Below, in pieces: positions 10,420 through 20,810 of a stretch of 64,000 nucleotides of DNA. Below the pieces are notes generated by a model, which was given only the letters and a program-made list of their open reading frames with translations, did no database searches and was not told where the DNA came from. The stretch covers positions 1-64,000 of IMG/VR virus record IMGVR_UViG_3300024308_000302. One strand, written 5' to 3'. The translations under genes and the position numbers were made by a program. Positions within the stretch are counted from its first letter, which is position 1; every line of letters starts with the position of its first letter.

Positions 10420-11178
10420 TTAAATTTCAATAATTTTAGATTCATCAAACAATTGATTAAGAGAATCAGGATAACCCATTGGATTGCAAACAACGCGGCA
10501 ATCACCAATCATGTAATCTACAGAATCATGCATATGACCATGAACAGCCAATTTAAGATCAGAATAACCAATGAAAGAATCAAGGTTATTAGTGAAATAA
10601 TGATTCAAATGCAAAGTGCGTTCATCTTGAAGATAGCGTGGATGAACACTTTGATGAGAAATACCATAATGAGTTATCAGAACTTTCTTACAGTCATTGG
10701 GAGCGTAAACAGCTTTTTCCAAGAACTTGAAAGATTCATTGTATTCCTCAAGTATTTCTGCTGGAGTAATACAATCATCACCAGCAGCATTGGTAATCTT
10801 TTGAAAATCCTTAATTTCATTGGGAGCATTGAACATGGTATGGAAATTACCATTATTAAAGTTCAGCCAGAGAGTTGAACCAATGAATTCAATGCCATCC
10901 AAGATAACACTTGAGTTATCAAGGAAATAGAAGTTTTCAATTTGAACAGACTTCCAAAAGTCACGGACTACTTGAAGCGAGTATCCATAGAATTCATGAT
11001 TACCCAAAATATAGATAACGATGTAAACTTTAGCACAAGCCTGAATGAATGGAAGGTGATTTTTAAAGCTGCCAATATCCCCAGCAAGAATAAGGTATTC
11101 AACACCATCGATTTTTTTAATTTCGATAGTATTGCCCCATTCCATATGAAGGTCGCTCAAAACAAGGATTTTGGCCAT
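10420..11178 (-). CDS. calcineurin-like metallophosphoesterase
   Basis: SDLH, AGDIG, GNHE, ITH and HGHMH motifs. Confidence 0.9.
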   Translation of the reverse strand: MAKILVLSDLHMEWGNTIEIKKIDGVEYLILAGDIGSFKNHLPFIQACAKVYIVIYILGNHEFYGYSLQVVRDFWKSVQIENFYFLDNSSVILDGIEFIGSTLWLNFNNGNFHTMFNAPNEIKDFQKITNAAGDDCITPAEILEEYNESFKFLEKAVYAPNDCKKVLITHYGISHQSVHPRYLQDERTLHLNHYFTNNLDSFIGYSDLKLAVHGHMHDSVDYMIGDCRVVCNPMGYPDSLNQLFDESKIIEI

Positions 11179-11254
11179 ATAAAAAACTCCTAAATGATGA
11201 TAGGATTATACATGAAAATAAGATTATAAGCAAGAAAAAAGCCTCCGAAGAGGC

Positions 11255-11698
11255 TTAGCTGTGACCATCAAGTATTTTATAAATTTGATCTATTGGAATA
11301 GAATAAGACTTATAACGGCGATAGTTTCCATAATAGTCATATTCTGTATATTCTTTAACATGCAAGTTTCTGAAAATAAGAGCAACAAGTTGGTTGATAT
11401 CAAATTTAGAAGTTTGTTCTAACATGGTATCAAGAACAATACGGATAGATTTAGTTACATGGCGAACTTTGACAGAGAAAGTTTCAGGGGCTGGTAATGG
11501 GGCATCAGAATAGCAAGAGCCGCATGCTTGCTCTTCAGTTTTGAAACAAACATAGAAATTTGCACTTTGACCAATACCAAAAGAATAGTTCCATTTCTGA
11601 AAATGATTTTTACTAGCAGTGCTGCTCAAAAATGAAATTTGTTTAGCGATGATTTTTTTAGTACGGTCCAAATCTTTAATAATTTTCATCATTAACAA
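11255..11698 (-). CDS. hypothetical protein
   Basis: ORF in cassette. Confidence 0.75.
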   Translation of the reverse strand: MLMMKIIKDLDRTKKIIAKQISFLSSTASKNHFQKWNYSFGIGQSANFYVCFKTEEQACGSCYSDAPLPAPETFSVKVRHVTKSIRIVLDTMLEQTSKFDINQLVALIFRNLHVKEYTEYDYYGNYRRYKSYSIPIDQIYKILDGHS

Positions 11699-11786
11699 CC
11701 CTTAGAAGTTGCTCATATTATAATACTATTCAAAATTAAAGTAAAGAAAAAAGCCTCCGAAGAGGCTTTGTTAGCAAAAGTATTTA

Positions 11787-12263
11787 TTACTTCTCTTGTT
11801 CCTTTTGAGCGTTCTCAGTGATTTCAAACGCTTTGCGAACGATGTATTTCCGCATGAAAGGGTTGAAAGCACCATTGTAGATAAGGGCATCAAAGAACAC
11901 ACACAGAGCCAGACAGCCAAAGTAGAAAATGTTTTGATTAATGCTGAACAGGTAGAAGTGTAGGCCATAGATAATGACATCACGAACCAAGTCAGTCCAC
12001 ATATCAAGTTTCATGTTGGCGGCTCGGAAAATCATGGTGAAATTGTAGAGTGACTTTTGTTGAATGCAGTCTTTTACTTGACGAACAATCATCACTACCA
12101 TTGCAAGGCAACCGATACCCAGCAGAATACCACTGATGATGGCATGTTCTTTGAAGTAGATGGATAGAACTACAAACCCTAACAACAGAAAATCAAGAAC
12201 ATTGGGAATGAGTTTACTGATCTTGAACTCATTCATTACATCTTGAGGTGTCATCTCACTCAT
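11787..12263 (-). CDS. multi-pass membrane protein
   Basis: four hydrophobic segments. Confidence 0.75.
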   Translation of the reverse strand: MSEMTPQDVMNEFKISKLIPNVLDFLLLGFVVLSIYFKEHAIISGILLGIGCLAMVVMIVRQVKDCIQQKSLYNFTMIFRAANMKLDMWTDLVRDVIIYGLHFYLFSINQNIFYFGCLALCVFFDALIYNGAFNPFMRKYIVRKAFEITENAQKEQEK

Positions 12264-12434
12264 GAAAATAGTCCTATTAATGAAAAGAAATTTTTAAATG
12301 CTCGATTTTGCAAAACAATGAGAAAGGCTTATTTGCGTGCTCGCTCATTGCCGCTTCGATGATGGAATTATAATACAATAAGAAAATAAAAACAAGTTTA
12401 TTTAAAGGAAAAAGGCCCTTCAATGGGCCTTATT

Positions 12435-13052
12435 TTAGTGAGAGCAAGATGGGTTATGGAGCAAGCCTTGTTTCCAGTGTTTACGGCATACCGAAACATA
12501 GCTGGTTTCAGCACCTACAACCACCTCGGCACCATCACGAAGGATTTCACCAGTTTCAGCATTGAAGCGGGCATTCATTGTAGCTTTAACACCACACCAG
12601 CAAATGTGTGGGAGGGCTTCAATTTTGTCTGCAATTTCAATGAGACGTTTCGAGCCGGGGAACAGTTCACCTTTAAAGTTAGTGCGAAGGCCGTAGCAAT
12701 CAACACCAATATTCAAGAAATCGACAACATCCGAGAGTTGTTCAATTTGCTCTGGAGTGTAGAACTGTACTTCGTCGCAGTAGATATGGGCGATAACTTC
12801 GCCAGCTTCTACTTTGGCCTTGATGATTTCAAAAATGTTAACACTATCGTTTACGGAGATACTTGGAGCTTTAACCCCAAGGCGAGATGCGATTACACCT
12901 TCACCAAAACGAGTGTCTACAGAGTGGGAGAACAGAACAGTGTGCTGACCACGTTTAACGTAGTTATCGTTAGCAATGAGCAGACTCAAGCTCTTACCCG
13001 AGTTCATCACTGCATGGTTAAAAGTGAGTTTGATTTCTACCGACATTGCCAT
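12435..13052 (-). CDS. tdk: thymidine kinase (TK1 family), copy 1
   Basis: MNSGKS P-loop, CDEVQF, YGLRTNF, CWCG...CRKH zinc site. Confidence 0.95.
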   Translation of the reverse strand: MAMSVEIKLTFNHAVMNSGKSLSLLIANDNYVKRGQHTVLFSHSVDTRFGEGVIASRLGVKAPSISVNDSVNIFEIIKAKVEAGEVIAHIYCDEVQFYTPEQIEQLSDVVDFLNIGVDCYGLRTNFKGELFPGSKRLIEIADKIEALPHICWCGVKATMNARFNAETGEILRDGAEVVVGAETSYVSVCRKHWKQGLLHNPSCSH

Positions 13053-13119
13053 ATACCCTTGTTCGTTTCGATGGGATGATTATACCAAAACCAACAAGGG
13101 GGATCAAGAAAAATAAGGA

Positions 13120-13638
13120 TTATTCGACCAATTCTTTTTGTTTAGCCGCAAGAACATCAGTGTAAAAGCCTGACTCAACAAGTCGTTGCCTGATAGCATC
13201 ATAGCCTGAAAACACACCAGACTTGTTTTTTTCAAAATCATGCTCACCACAGGAATTGTGATAAACGATAGAGCAAATTTCGAAAGGATCAAGTTTAGCC
13301 AGGGCGTTAAACCGTTGTTCTGAGTAGTAATAAACTGATCCCATCAGCATCACTTCCTTGCCAGTAAGATAGTTTTTAACAATCAAAACCGGATTTTTGG
13401 ATTCTGTAACATAATCAACACAGACAGCAAATCCAATAATTGGGTCTGCCCATTCGTTTGAAATACCAATGATTGGTTTACCAACCATCATTTCATACTC
13501 AATAGAAGTGATTTGATTACGTCTTTCAATTTGATTCGATCTGAATTGGTCTTCTGCTTTAGAAATATCTTTTGCACGAATAGCTGCCAGTTCAGCAGCA
13601 AAGATATTGGAGAAAAATTTGAAAATAAGCTTTTTCAT
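13120..13638 (-). CDS. hypothetical phage protein
   Basis: 172-aa ORF in cassette. Confidence 0.75.
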   Translation of the reverse strand: MKKLIFKFFSNIFAAELAAIRAKDISKAEDQFRSNQIERRNQITSIEYEMMVGKPIIGISNEWADPIIGFAVCVDYVTESKNPVLIVKNYLTGKEVMLMGSVYYYSEQRFNALAKLDPFEICSIVYHNSCGEHDFEKNKSGVFSGYDAIRQRLVESGFYTDVLAAKQKELVE

Positions 13639-13743
13639 GAAGACGCCTTTTAACTTAGATACGCAATTATACTATAGAGACTTAGAGAAAACAAGAATTT
13701 AAGACAAAAAAAGGGGCCGAAGCCCATGTCTAAAAACTTGATA

Positions 13744-14067
13744 TTAGGTGAAAGTGAAGTAAGAATCACCAGATTCGTTGAAGTCTGGTTTATAATATGA
13801 AACTTTCCATCCAGCCTTGCGGTAGAAAGCTTCAACATCAAGCCAGTTATTAGCCATAATTACAGAGTTCGTAGTATCGCCCAATTTAATAATACGTGCT
13901 ACAACATCTTTTCGATATACATTATTCGAATGTTTTTGTTTAGACTCTTGAATACATTCATTGAATGCTTGAATCACAAAATCAGGAAAGACACGATCTG
14001 CAAGATTTTGTGCTACTTGTTCTTTAGTGATTGCTTGAACTGGTGCTGATTGGTTGTTTGAGTTCAT
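13744..14067 (-). CDS. hypothetical phage protein
   Basis: WLDVEAFYRKAGWKV motif, a pattern typical of phage hypotheticals. Confidence 0.75.
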   Translation of the reverse strand: MNSNNQSAPVQAITKEQVAQNLADRVFPDFVIQAFNECIQESKQKHSNNVYRKDVVARIIKLGDTTNSVIMANNWLDVEAFYRKAGWKVSYYKPDFNESGDSYFTFT

Positions 14068-14173
14068 TTAAAGCCTCGCTAGTTGGGATAATATTATAAC
14101 AAATACAAATTATAAAGTAAAGTTAGAAAAACAAAAAAAGAGGCCGAAGCCTCTTTAGAAAGTTTTATTTAGG

Positions 14174-14485
14174 TCAATCAACCATAACCAAATCGAGTGG
14201 GTGAATTTCGAGTTCGTCAGCAATGCCATCTTGATAATACAAGCGAGCCTCAGATTCTCCTTCAATTTGAAGGCTAATCATTTTAGTACCAGTTGCCGGA
14301 GATACATAGTTCATATCAAGAACAGTGAAGGGCTTGCCACAACGTAACTGGAACTGTTTGCCCATGCTTGCTTCATGGAAAGAGAAGTCACGCATTGTTT
14401 TTTCTTTTTTCGAAACTACTGGTGTAACAGGAACAACATCGTTGCTGTTTTTGAAAAACGAAAGAAGTGCGAGTGCAAAATTCAT
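14174..14485 (-). CDS. hypothetical protein
   Basis: ORF in cassette. Confidence 0.7.
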   Translation of the reverse strand: MNFALALLSFFKNSNDVVPVTPVVSKKEKTMRDFSFHEASMGKQFQLRCGKPFTVLDMNYVSPATGTKMISLQIEGESEARLYYQDGIADELEIHPLDLVMVD

Positions 14486-14616
14486 GATTTGTCATCCTAA
14501 TTAAGATGATGCCATTATAGCAAAAATAAGGATATTGGACAATAAATTTTTACTATCAAAAGAACAAGCAGCCATCAGGCTGCTTATTGATTGCTTATTA
14601 AAAAATACCTTACTAA

Positions 14617-14895
14617 TTATTTGATGACAATATGCTGTACTGGGCGAGAGTATTGGCGAATATGGCCGGAATCGCAAGCACGTTTACGAGACGCTTCAGC
14701 CATATCAGAAAAGTTACCACATTTAACTTCTTCACGAAGTATTTCTGATACTGCTACACCAATATCCTGTTGACTTTTAACACGAATTTCTTGATTGAGA
14801 ATACCTTTAGTGAAGCAACGCACACCCCACAAGTTAGCTTTCAGACGGGTTACTTTGATTTTGTGGAAAGTATCACCAACCATGACAAGTTTCAT
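14617..14895 (-). CDS. hypothetical basic protein
   Basis: GAGG SD; ORF in cassette. Confidence 0.7.
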   Translation of the reverse strand: MKLVMVGDTFHKIKVTRLKANLWGVRCFTKGILNQEIRVKSQQDIGVAVSEILREEVKCGNFSDMAEASRKRACDSGHIRQYSRPVQHIVIK

Positions 14896-15004
14896 AACGA
14901 ATCCTCTTTTTGTGTTGAGTGTCTGTCACTGTCTTGCTACATGAACATATTATAGTAAAAAAGAAGCATGAAATCAAGTTTTTTTAAGCCTGCGGGATAC
15001 ATTT

Positions 15005-15424
15005 TTAGACTAAATAAGGGTTTTTATTTGCAAATTCCAAGTATTCTTTGCGATTCTTGAACTCTACTTGTTTATCTTCTGGAATTTGAATATAAGCTTT
15101 TCGAGATTTGCCTTCAATGCCATGAATAGAGTGCATATGAAACATTGCTGCTGAGTGCTGAGCATCTTTATGCAATGGTTTGTTTTTAGCACCATGCGAA
15201 AAAACTTCGCCACAAATAGAGCATGTGTAATAAGATTTGATAGTAGCAGTGAAAGGAGAAACCAACATTTTCTTTTCACGCATTTCGGCCAGCAAAGCGT
15301 AACCACTTTTGCCAGCACCACTTTGAGAGTAGTAAGGCTCCATCATGTCGAGAGCATTTTCGAGTTCAGCCAAGACTCGTTCAAAGTCATTGTTGTCCCA
15401 ATAATTCTCGGTTTTAGCATTCAT
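15005..15424 (-). CDS. hypothetical protein with CxxC...H..H (possible zinc finger)
   Basis: CSICG and HMHSIH. Confidence 0.7.
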   Translation of the reverse strand: MNAKTENYWDNNDFERVLAELENALDMMEPYYSQSGAGKSGYALLAEMREKKMLVSPFTATIKSYYTCSICGEVFSHGAKNKPLHKDAQHSAAMFHMHSIHGIEGKSRKAYIQIPEDKQVEFKNRKEYLEFANKNPYLV

Positions 15425-15559
15425 GATAAAGCCCTTCTGTTAAGATAGGGCTATTGTACCATTATAAGGATTACATAGCCACCAATTTAATCTTTAAATC
15501 TAAGAAAACAAAAGAAATAAAAAAGGGGCCGAAGCCCCTATGCGGATATAACATGAAGA

Positions 15560-15757
15560 TTATGCTGCTTTCAGAATTTCTTTTTTGCTTGCTTTATGTT
15601 GAGCAACCAGCACCTGAGCAGGGTATTCACGGATACCGTTATCAACCATAACTTCAATAAGAACAGAAGCTGGGGTGATGCCGCGATCAAGAGCCAGAAC
15701 GTCTTGAACCAGTTTGAATTGAGCGTCGGTCAGGTGCAGAGTGTGTTGAGTGTGCAT
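15560..15757 (-). CDS. small hypothetical protein
   Basis: start at MHTQHT (AAGGA SD); carries the leader motif. Confidence 0.7.
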   Translation of the reverse strand: MHTQHTLHLTDAQFKLVQDVLALDRGITPASVLIEVMVDNGIREYPAQVLVAQHKASKKEILKAA

Positions 15758-15824
15758 TCTGGAATTCCTTGCTGTCGTTTTGATGGGGTAATTATAGCAA
15801 ATACTCCAACCATAATCAAGTTTT

Positions 15825-16328
15825 TTAAAGGCCAAGTTTCTTCAAAATGGTTTCTTGTCGATTTTCCAAAAATTGACGTTGTGGAACTTTACCAGTAATT
15901 GCTGGTCGGCCACCAGCTTTAATGTTTTCAATTTTTGCTTGAAGCCTACGAATTTCATGCTCCAAGGAATCAATTTCTTTTGCATCATCAGCAGCCGCTT
16001 TTTCAAAAGCAGTGGCGATTTTCTTTTTGATAAAATCAACAACACGTTGATGATCGTGAACAAAATGATAAAGCGAATTGTCACGACTTGGAATATAATC
16101 GCGGCATTTACCATCTTTTTGATAGAACATGTATTGGTTATTGCATGGCATATAACTCATAGGTTGAGTTACATCAAAAGAAGTAACAGAGAAATACTCT
16201 TCACTAGCAAATGTGACAACCTTGATCAAGCTATTTTCAAACTGACCAAAGTGCATTGTATTGTCCCAAAGGGAGAGATTGGACAAATCGATGACTTTAT
16301 CACCAACATTGTATTTAAACTGAGTCAT
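15825..16328 (-). CDS. hypothetical protein, paralog of 5062-5544
   Basis: shared N-terminus; coiled-coil C-terminus. Confidence 0.75.
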   Translation of the reverse strand: MTQFKYNVGDKVIDLSNLSLWDNTMHFGQFENSLIKVVTFASEEYFSVTSFDVTQPMSYMPCNNQYMFYQKDGKCRDYIPSRDNSLYHFVHDHQRVVDFIKKKIATAFEKAAADDAKEIDSLEHEIRRLQAKIENIKAGGRPAITGKVPQRQFLENRQETILKKLGL

Positions 16329-16500
16329 GTGGCATCTCCCTTAAAATATGGAACGAGTATACAAGAATCAAGTGATAAAATCAAGTTTTATGCCTTACTG
16401 ATTCATTTTTGATTAGATCTTTTAGAAATATCAAGAACCCAGTTTTTCACAAAATAGCAGAAATAAAAAAAGGGGCCGAAGCCCCTTTGATGCAAACAAT

Positions 16501-16740
16501 TTAGTTGATTTCAAGAACAGCTTTGATACCATCTTGAATTTCTTTTCGACCTTGTTCACGGCCATACTGAAACATGAGCCTCAGAGCGGTCTGCATGATA
16601 GATGCTTCATCACAAGCAATAGCCGAAAAATCAAAAGTTTGACCATCGAAGCTAACCCGAGAATCTGCATGTTCAATTTCAAATCCCAAACGTTCCAACA
16701 GTTCACATTTTTTGTTGATAGCTTCATAGTTTCTACGCAT
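16501..16740 (-). CDS. hypothetical protein
   Basis: ORF in cassette. Confidence 0.75.
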   Translation of the reverse strand: MRRNYEAINKKCELLERLGFEIEHADSRVSFDGQTFDFSAIACDEASIMQTALRLMFQYGREQGRKEIQDGIKAVLEIN

Positions 16741-16802
16741 GAGAGGTTTCCTTATTTATAGATGGCCTATTATACAACATTTAGATGCCAAATGAAACAA
16801 AT

Positions 16803-17513
16803 TCAGTAACGAATTTGAACTTGTTCGGTTTCTTTATTGAATGAGTGCCTAACAACGTGTGGCATATCTTTAGTTTCTTCCTTGAAAATATGACGAAGTT
16901 CTCGCTGCAAGTTTTCAAGTTCTTTGACAAGTCCATGAACTTGATTGTTCAACTTAGAATCATCAACTCGTTTTTTAAGAAGAGTATAATATGCGTCCCG
17001 TTTCTGGCGAAGAGTATCTTTAGTAACATCAATTTGAGACTTCAATTTGTTTACTCGATCAAGATAAGGAGCCTTGAAAGAGCGGACAGCAGAATCATTC
17101 AGTTTCGAGCTTTGAATGATATTGAAGATGCGAACAATGTTTTCGGTGGTAGGGTTACTCAAAAACTCAGTGATAAGGTGCTTAGCAGTAGGAATATCAA
17201 ATTCCAAGGAATAATCGACTTTACCACGAAGCCCAACACCAGCACGTACAGTTGGTGTAGCACGGTCAGTATAGCTGAAAGCCAAAGAAATAGTGTTCAC
17301 GAAACGTTTATGACTGCCAAGCTCATGATAGATACCACCAAACCCCAAAATAGCAACATAATCAAAAGTCACTGGTTTGGAAGTGTAGACATTTCTGCCA
17401 ACGAAAGTGTTACCACCTTGTTTACGATTGAGTTCTACAAAAGTAAACCCTGGCAAGGTTTTGAACTGAGTCATCAAGGGTTTCAGGACTTGCATTGGGG
17501 TTGTGTTTTTCAT
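16803..17513 (-). CDS. hypothetical protein with coiled-coil C-terminus
   Basis: 236-aa ORF. Confidence 0.75.
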   Translation of the reverse strand: MKNTTPMQVLKPLMTQFKTLPGFTFVELNRKQGGNTFVGRNVYTSKPVTFDYVAILGFGGIYHELGSHKRFVNTISLAFSYTDRATPTVRAGVGLRGKVDYSLEFDIPTAKHLITEFLSNPTTENIVRIFNIIQSSKLNDSAVRSFKAPYLDRVNKLKSQIDVTKDTLRQKRDAYYTLLKKRVDDSKLNNQVHGLVKELENLQRELRHIFKEETKDMPHVVRHSFNKETEQVQIRY

Positions 17514-17607
17514 AGGAAATGCTCTGTAGGATTAATGAGTGCAGTATAACAAAAAAAGAAAAGGAAATAAACTAATTTTTAAAATAAAAAAGGGCCGAAG
17601 CCCTTGG

Positions 17608-17868
17608 TCAATTATCTTTAAAATAACATTGTGAAATAGGGACTCGCATAGTAATGCCAGTATCAACTTCTTTGATTCGAGCAGAAATGTCTGTATCAAC
17701 AACAGCAGCAACCAAAATCACATTAGCATTCTGGTAAGTTTTGATATTACCTGAATAACAAATAACAGATTTTGTCGGCTTACCTTGAGTCTTATTTTGT
17801 TGCTCTGCATGACAACCAGAAGAAATAAACAGAGCGAGCATAAATGGAATAATAAATAGTTTTTTCAT
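17608..17868 (-). CDS. small exported protein, possible lipoprotein
   Basis: signal peptide ending in SSGC. Confidence 0.7.
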   Translation of the reverse strand: MKKLFIIPFMLALFISSGCHAEQQNKTQGKPTKSVICYSGNIKTYQNANVILVAAVVDTDISARIKEVDTGITMRVPISQCYFKDN

Positions 17869-17965
17869 AAAGGTTTCCTAATCAAAATAAGTGATTCATT
17901 CTATCAAAAAAATATAAATTACACAAACAAAAAAAGGGCCGAAGCCCTTTTATTTGTTCTGGTAA

Positions 17966-18430
17966 TTAAGCCAGAACTTGAACTGGCAGGCCAGTCGATT
18001 CGATGTGCTCCACAGGAAGGTCAACTTCGGAGTCAGCTTTAACAGCTTCTTCCATAGCTACTACTGCTTTCCCAATGCGTTTGGCAGCTTTGCGGATAGC
18101 GACCAGTTGAGCAACCAGTGCTTGTTCTTCTTCCGAAACTGGAGCCTGACGGCTGAGTTCTACGTTGCTTGCCATGCGAAGGTTTTCAAGATATTGTTCT
18201 TCGGTTGGAAACAGTTCATTGTGAACAGCAATGCCAGCAGCAGTCAGCGAGACATTATCACCATCACGGGTGACCAGACCTTTACCTTTCAGATTCAGAA
18301 TAACAGCACTCACTTGAGTAGCTTTGATTTCTTGTGGACCTTCGTGAACGCTTTTAACCGAAACGTTTTCTACACCAGCGACTGCAACGTTGGCGATAAC
18401 AGCGATTTCGAGAGCGGTTACTTTAGTCAT
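17966..18430 (-). CDS. winged-helix protein, paralog 3, with C-terminal extension
   Basis: TALE...IKATQVSAVILNLKGKGLV...VSLTAAG aligns with 1447 and 2598. Confidence 0.6.
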   Translation of the reverse strand: MTKVTALEIAVIANVAVAGVENVSVKSVHEGPQEIKATQVSAVILNLKGKGLVTRDGDNVSLTAAGIAVHNELFPTEEQYLENLRMASNVELSRQAPVSEEEQALVAQLVAIRKAAKRIGKAVVAMEEAVKADSEVDLPVEHIESTGLPVQVLA

Positions 18431-18568
18431 TTTGAATCTCCAATTTGTTTGATTTGGTGTATCTCGTCTTGATGTGGCTATTCTAGCAAAAACAATATTA
18501 GTGGTCAACCACTTTTTTCGCCAAAAACAAGTTTTTTTGAAAATAAGAAAGGGGCCGAAGCCCCAAAA

Positions 18569-18982
18569 TTAAGATTTTTGCTGTTTACGCTCAGCCAGTT
18601 TTTTCTTGAAATCTTTAAAACGTTTTTTTACTCTTGCAGCATTAACATCGAATTTATTACCATGAAGTACATGAAAATAGTGCAATTCTCGCTGCAAAGG
18701 AGTTGCCAATTTTGTTTTTACAATCAAGGCCAAAGCCTCAGTTTCTTGCTTTGTAAGCTCACAAGCAACCAGACATTTGAAGTGGTAGTCAAAGCTATCA
18801 ACTGGACAAGAGTATGCTTGACCTTCGGCTTCAAACCAGCATTCTTTACCTCTTTTAAACCAACCATCACGGTTTAGAATTGGCTCAATTTTTTTATAAT
18901 GGTCGCCACTTGCAACAGTAGATGCAAACCATTGCTTAGAAGGGTACATCCAGAGATCAAGATTCAAACGTTTAATTGTCAT
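18569..18982 (-). CDS. hypothetical protein
   Basis: start at MTIKRL. Confidence 0.7.
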   Translation of the reverse strand: MTIKRLNLDLWMYPSKQWFASTVASGDHYKKIEPILNRDGWFKRGKECWFEAEGQAYSCPVDSFDYHFKCLVACELTKQETEALALIVKTKLATPLQRELHYFHVLHGNKFDVNAARVKKRFKDFKKKLAERKQQKS

Positions 18983-19096
18983 GATGCACCTATAATAAAA
19001 TGGATAATGAGCATAGGATATCAAAAATGAGTTTTTAATACAAGCTTTTTTAAGATCAAAAAAGGGGCCGAGGCCCCTAATAAACAATGATTTTTT

Positions 19097-19312
19097 TTAA
19101 ACACGAAATGGTTGGTTACGATATTTCTTACCATAAGGTTTTTCATTAAAGTTATTTTTGCCCACAGATGCTTTGAGTTGAGACACTTCATTAAGCAGAG
19201 ATTCACTGAGACTGGAAATACTAGGAATCATGTGACCACCAGTAATAAGGATGACACGCGAAGTACCAACAGCAGAACGTCCATAATGAGTAATTTCAAT
19301 ATTTTTGCTCAT
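19097..19312 (-). CDS. small hypothetical protein
   Basis: ORF in cassette. Confidence 0.7.
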   Translation of the reverse strand: MSKNIEITHYGRSAVGTSRVILITGGHMIPSISSLSESLLNEVSQLKASVGKNNFNEKPYGKKYRNQPFRV

Positions 19313-19391
19313 AAAATAACCTTTATTAGAATTGTGTTAATTATACAACAAAAGATTGTTTTAAACAAGAAAAAAGGGGCTGAAAGCCCCA

Positions 19392-19706
19392 TTATTTAAT
19401 AGTGAAGCCAAGTTCTTGTGCAGATGTTACTAATGAATTTTTGAAATCGTGTAACATTTCCAAATCCATATCTTCGAATTCTGCACTTGATGGATATGGG
19501 CGACCAATCAGGTGATGACAGATGAAATTAAATAATGCAACCTTTTGAACATCACCAGAGTTGACTTGCTTCAACAAAGATGGCTGTTTAAAAAGTAAAG
19601 AAATCATTTGTCCTTGATTAATCAGAACATTGAATTCTTCATGAATAAAAAGGCAAGCATTATGAATATTTTCAAGGTTTACTTGCCAATTATATTCGTA
19701 AGACAT
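19392..19706 (-). CDS. hypothetical protein, paralog of 3994-4440
   Basis: shared motifs. Confidence 0.75.
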   Translation of the reverse strand: MSYEYNWQVNLENIHNACLFIHEEFNVLINQGQMISLLFKQPSLLKQVNSGDVQKVALFNFICHHLIGRPYPSSAEFEDMDLEMLHDFKNSLVTSAQELGFTIK

Positions 19707-19733
19707 AGTGGCTCCTTAAATAATGGTTAGCGA

Positions 19734-19979
19734 TTAATGAGAATCTTCTGGGTCATCAAAGCCAAGTTCATACAAACGATCTCGTACACCTCTGTCATAT
19801 TCTCGATGATCAGCGGTTTCATTGAATCCACCATCAGAAAGCCCATACAAATGGTCTGCATCTTTTTTAGAAAGTTCACCATTTTTAATGTAACAGTCTA
19901 CGGTGTCACGTCCTTTCTGATAAGGTGGGACATATGGTTTTGGTGTGAAAATAGAAAGCAATGATTTCATGAAGTTCAT
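19734..19979 (-). CDS. hypothetical protein
   Basis: ORF in cassette. Confidence 0.7.
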   Translation of the reverse strand: MNFMKSLLSIFTPKPYVPPYQKGRDTVDCYIKNGELSKKDADHLYGLSDGGFNETADHREYDRGVRDRLYELGFDDPEDSH

Positions 19980-20073
19980 AATAAAAACTACGTTTAATTA
20001 AGTAAGTAAGTATATATTAAAGTTCTAATCAAAGCAACAAAAAAGACATCCGAAGATGTCTTTTTTTTGTGAT

Positions 20074-20208
20074 TTATTCCGAATCTTGGTGACGATTGCG
20101 GCGTTTATCTCGCCATTTACGGTCGTTTTTACGAGCTTTGATTTGCTCGGAATCTTTCACTTTACGACCACTGAAACGTTCTACCATATCACCATGAGAG
20201 CCTTGCAT
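20074..20208 (-). CDS. 44-aa basic peptide, MQGS...RDKRRNRH family
   Basis: GGAG SD; three paralogs in the window. Confidence 0.8.
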   Translation of the reverse strand: MQGSHGDMVERFSGRKVKDSEQIKARKNDRKWRDKRRNRHQDSE

Positions 20209-20365
20209 TTTGTATCTCCTAACCTTTTTGATTTGATTGTGTTGTTTCGTCTTGATGGAATAATTATATAGAAAACACACCATCATGTAAAGCATTTTTT
20301 TGTAGTATTTTTGATATTTTTCAAAAAAAGAGAGGCCGAAGCCTCTTTTTGTAAGAACGAATTGA

Positions 20366-20728
20366 TTATGATTCAACAATCTCCATCATGACACGATTGC
20401 CATTTTCATCATAAAAATTAACATCAATACCAACAATTTTACTACCTCTGTCTTGGCTTGCAAACCAACGAGAAAGGCCATGACAATCATGATTAGCCCA
20501 TTTGTCAAAACCAGCCAACTCAGAAAGTGGCGTTTTAAAAGAATGACAATCAGCAGCAACGATAAAATTCAAGAAATCAATTACTTCATCTTTAACAATA
20601 GAAGATGGCATTCGAATCAATGTGTGATCTTCAAGACCGTCCTCAAAAGAGCAAAAAGTCAGGTGAATCACAAACTGATTTTTGTGTTCACAGTGAAGTT
20701 TTCGTGGGCGAATATCAGTGATTTTCAT
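20366..20728 (-). CDS. hypothetical protein
   Basis: ORF in cassette. Confidence 0.75.
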   Translation of the reverse strand: MKITDIRPRKLHCEHKNQFVIHLTFCSFEDGLEDHTLIRMPSSIVKDEVIDFLNFIVAADCHSFKTPLSELAGFDKWANHDCHGLSRWFASQDRGSKIVGIDVNFYDENGNRVMMEIVES

Positions 20729-20810
20729 TTAAAAGCCTCATGATTTTGGTAGAGATATTATAAATAAAAAAAGGGTTTTTAGCAAACCCTTTTGAATATT
20801 TTAATGAGAA

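Noticed and set aside
12423-13079. 218-aa plus-strand ORF (also 21748-22425, 43709-44287, 53637-54248, 62074-62676 and others)
   Set aside because: Antisense shadows of clear minus-strand genes, with no SD, promoter or motifs.
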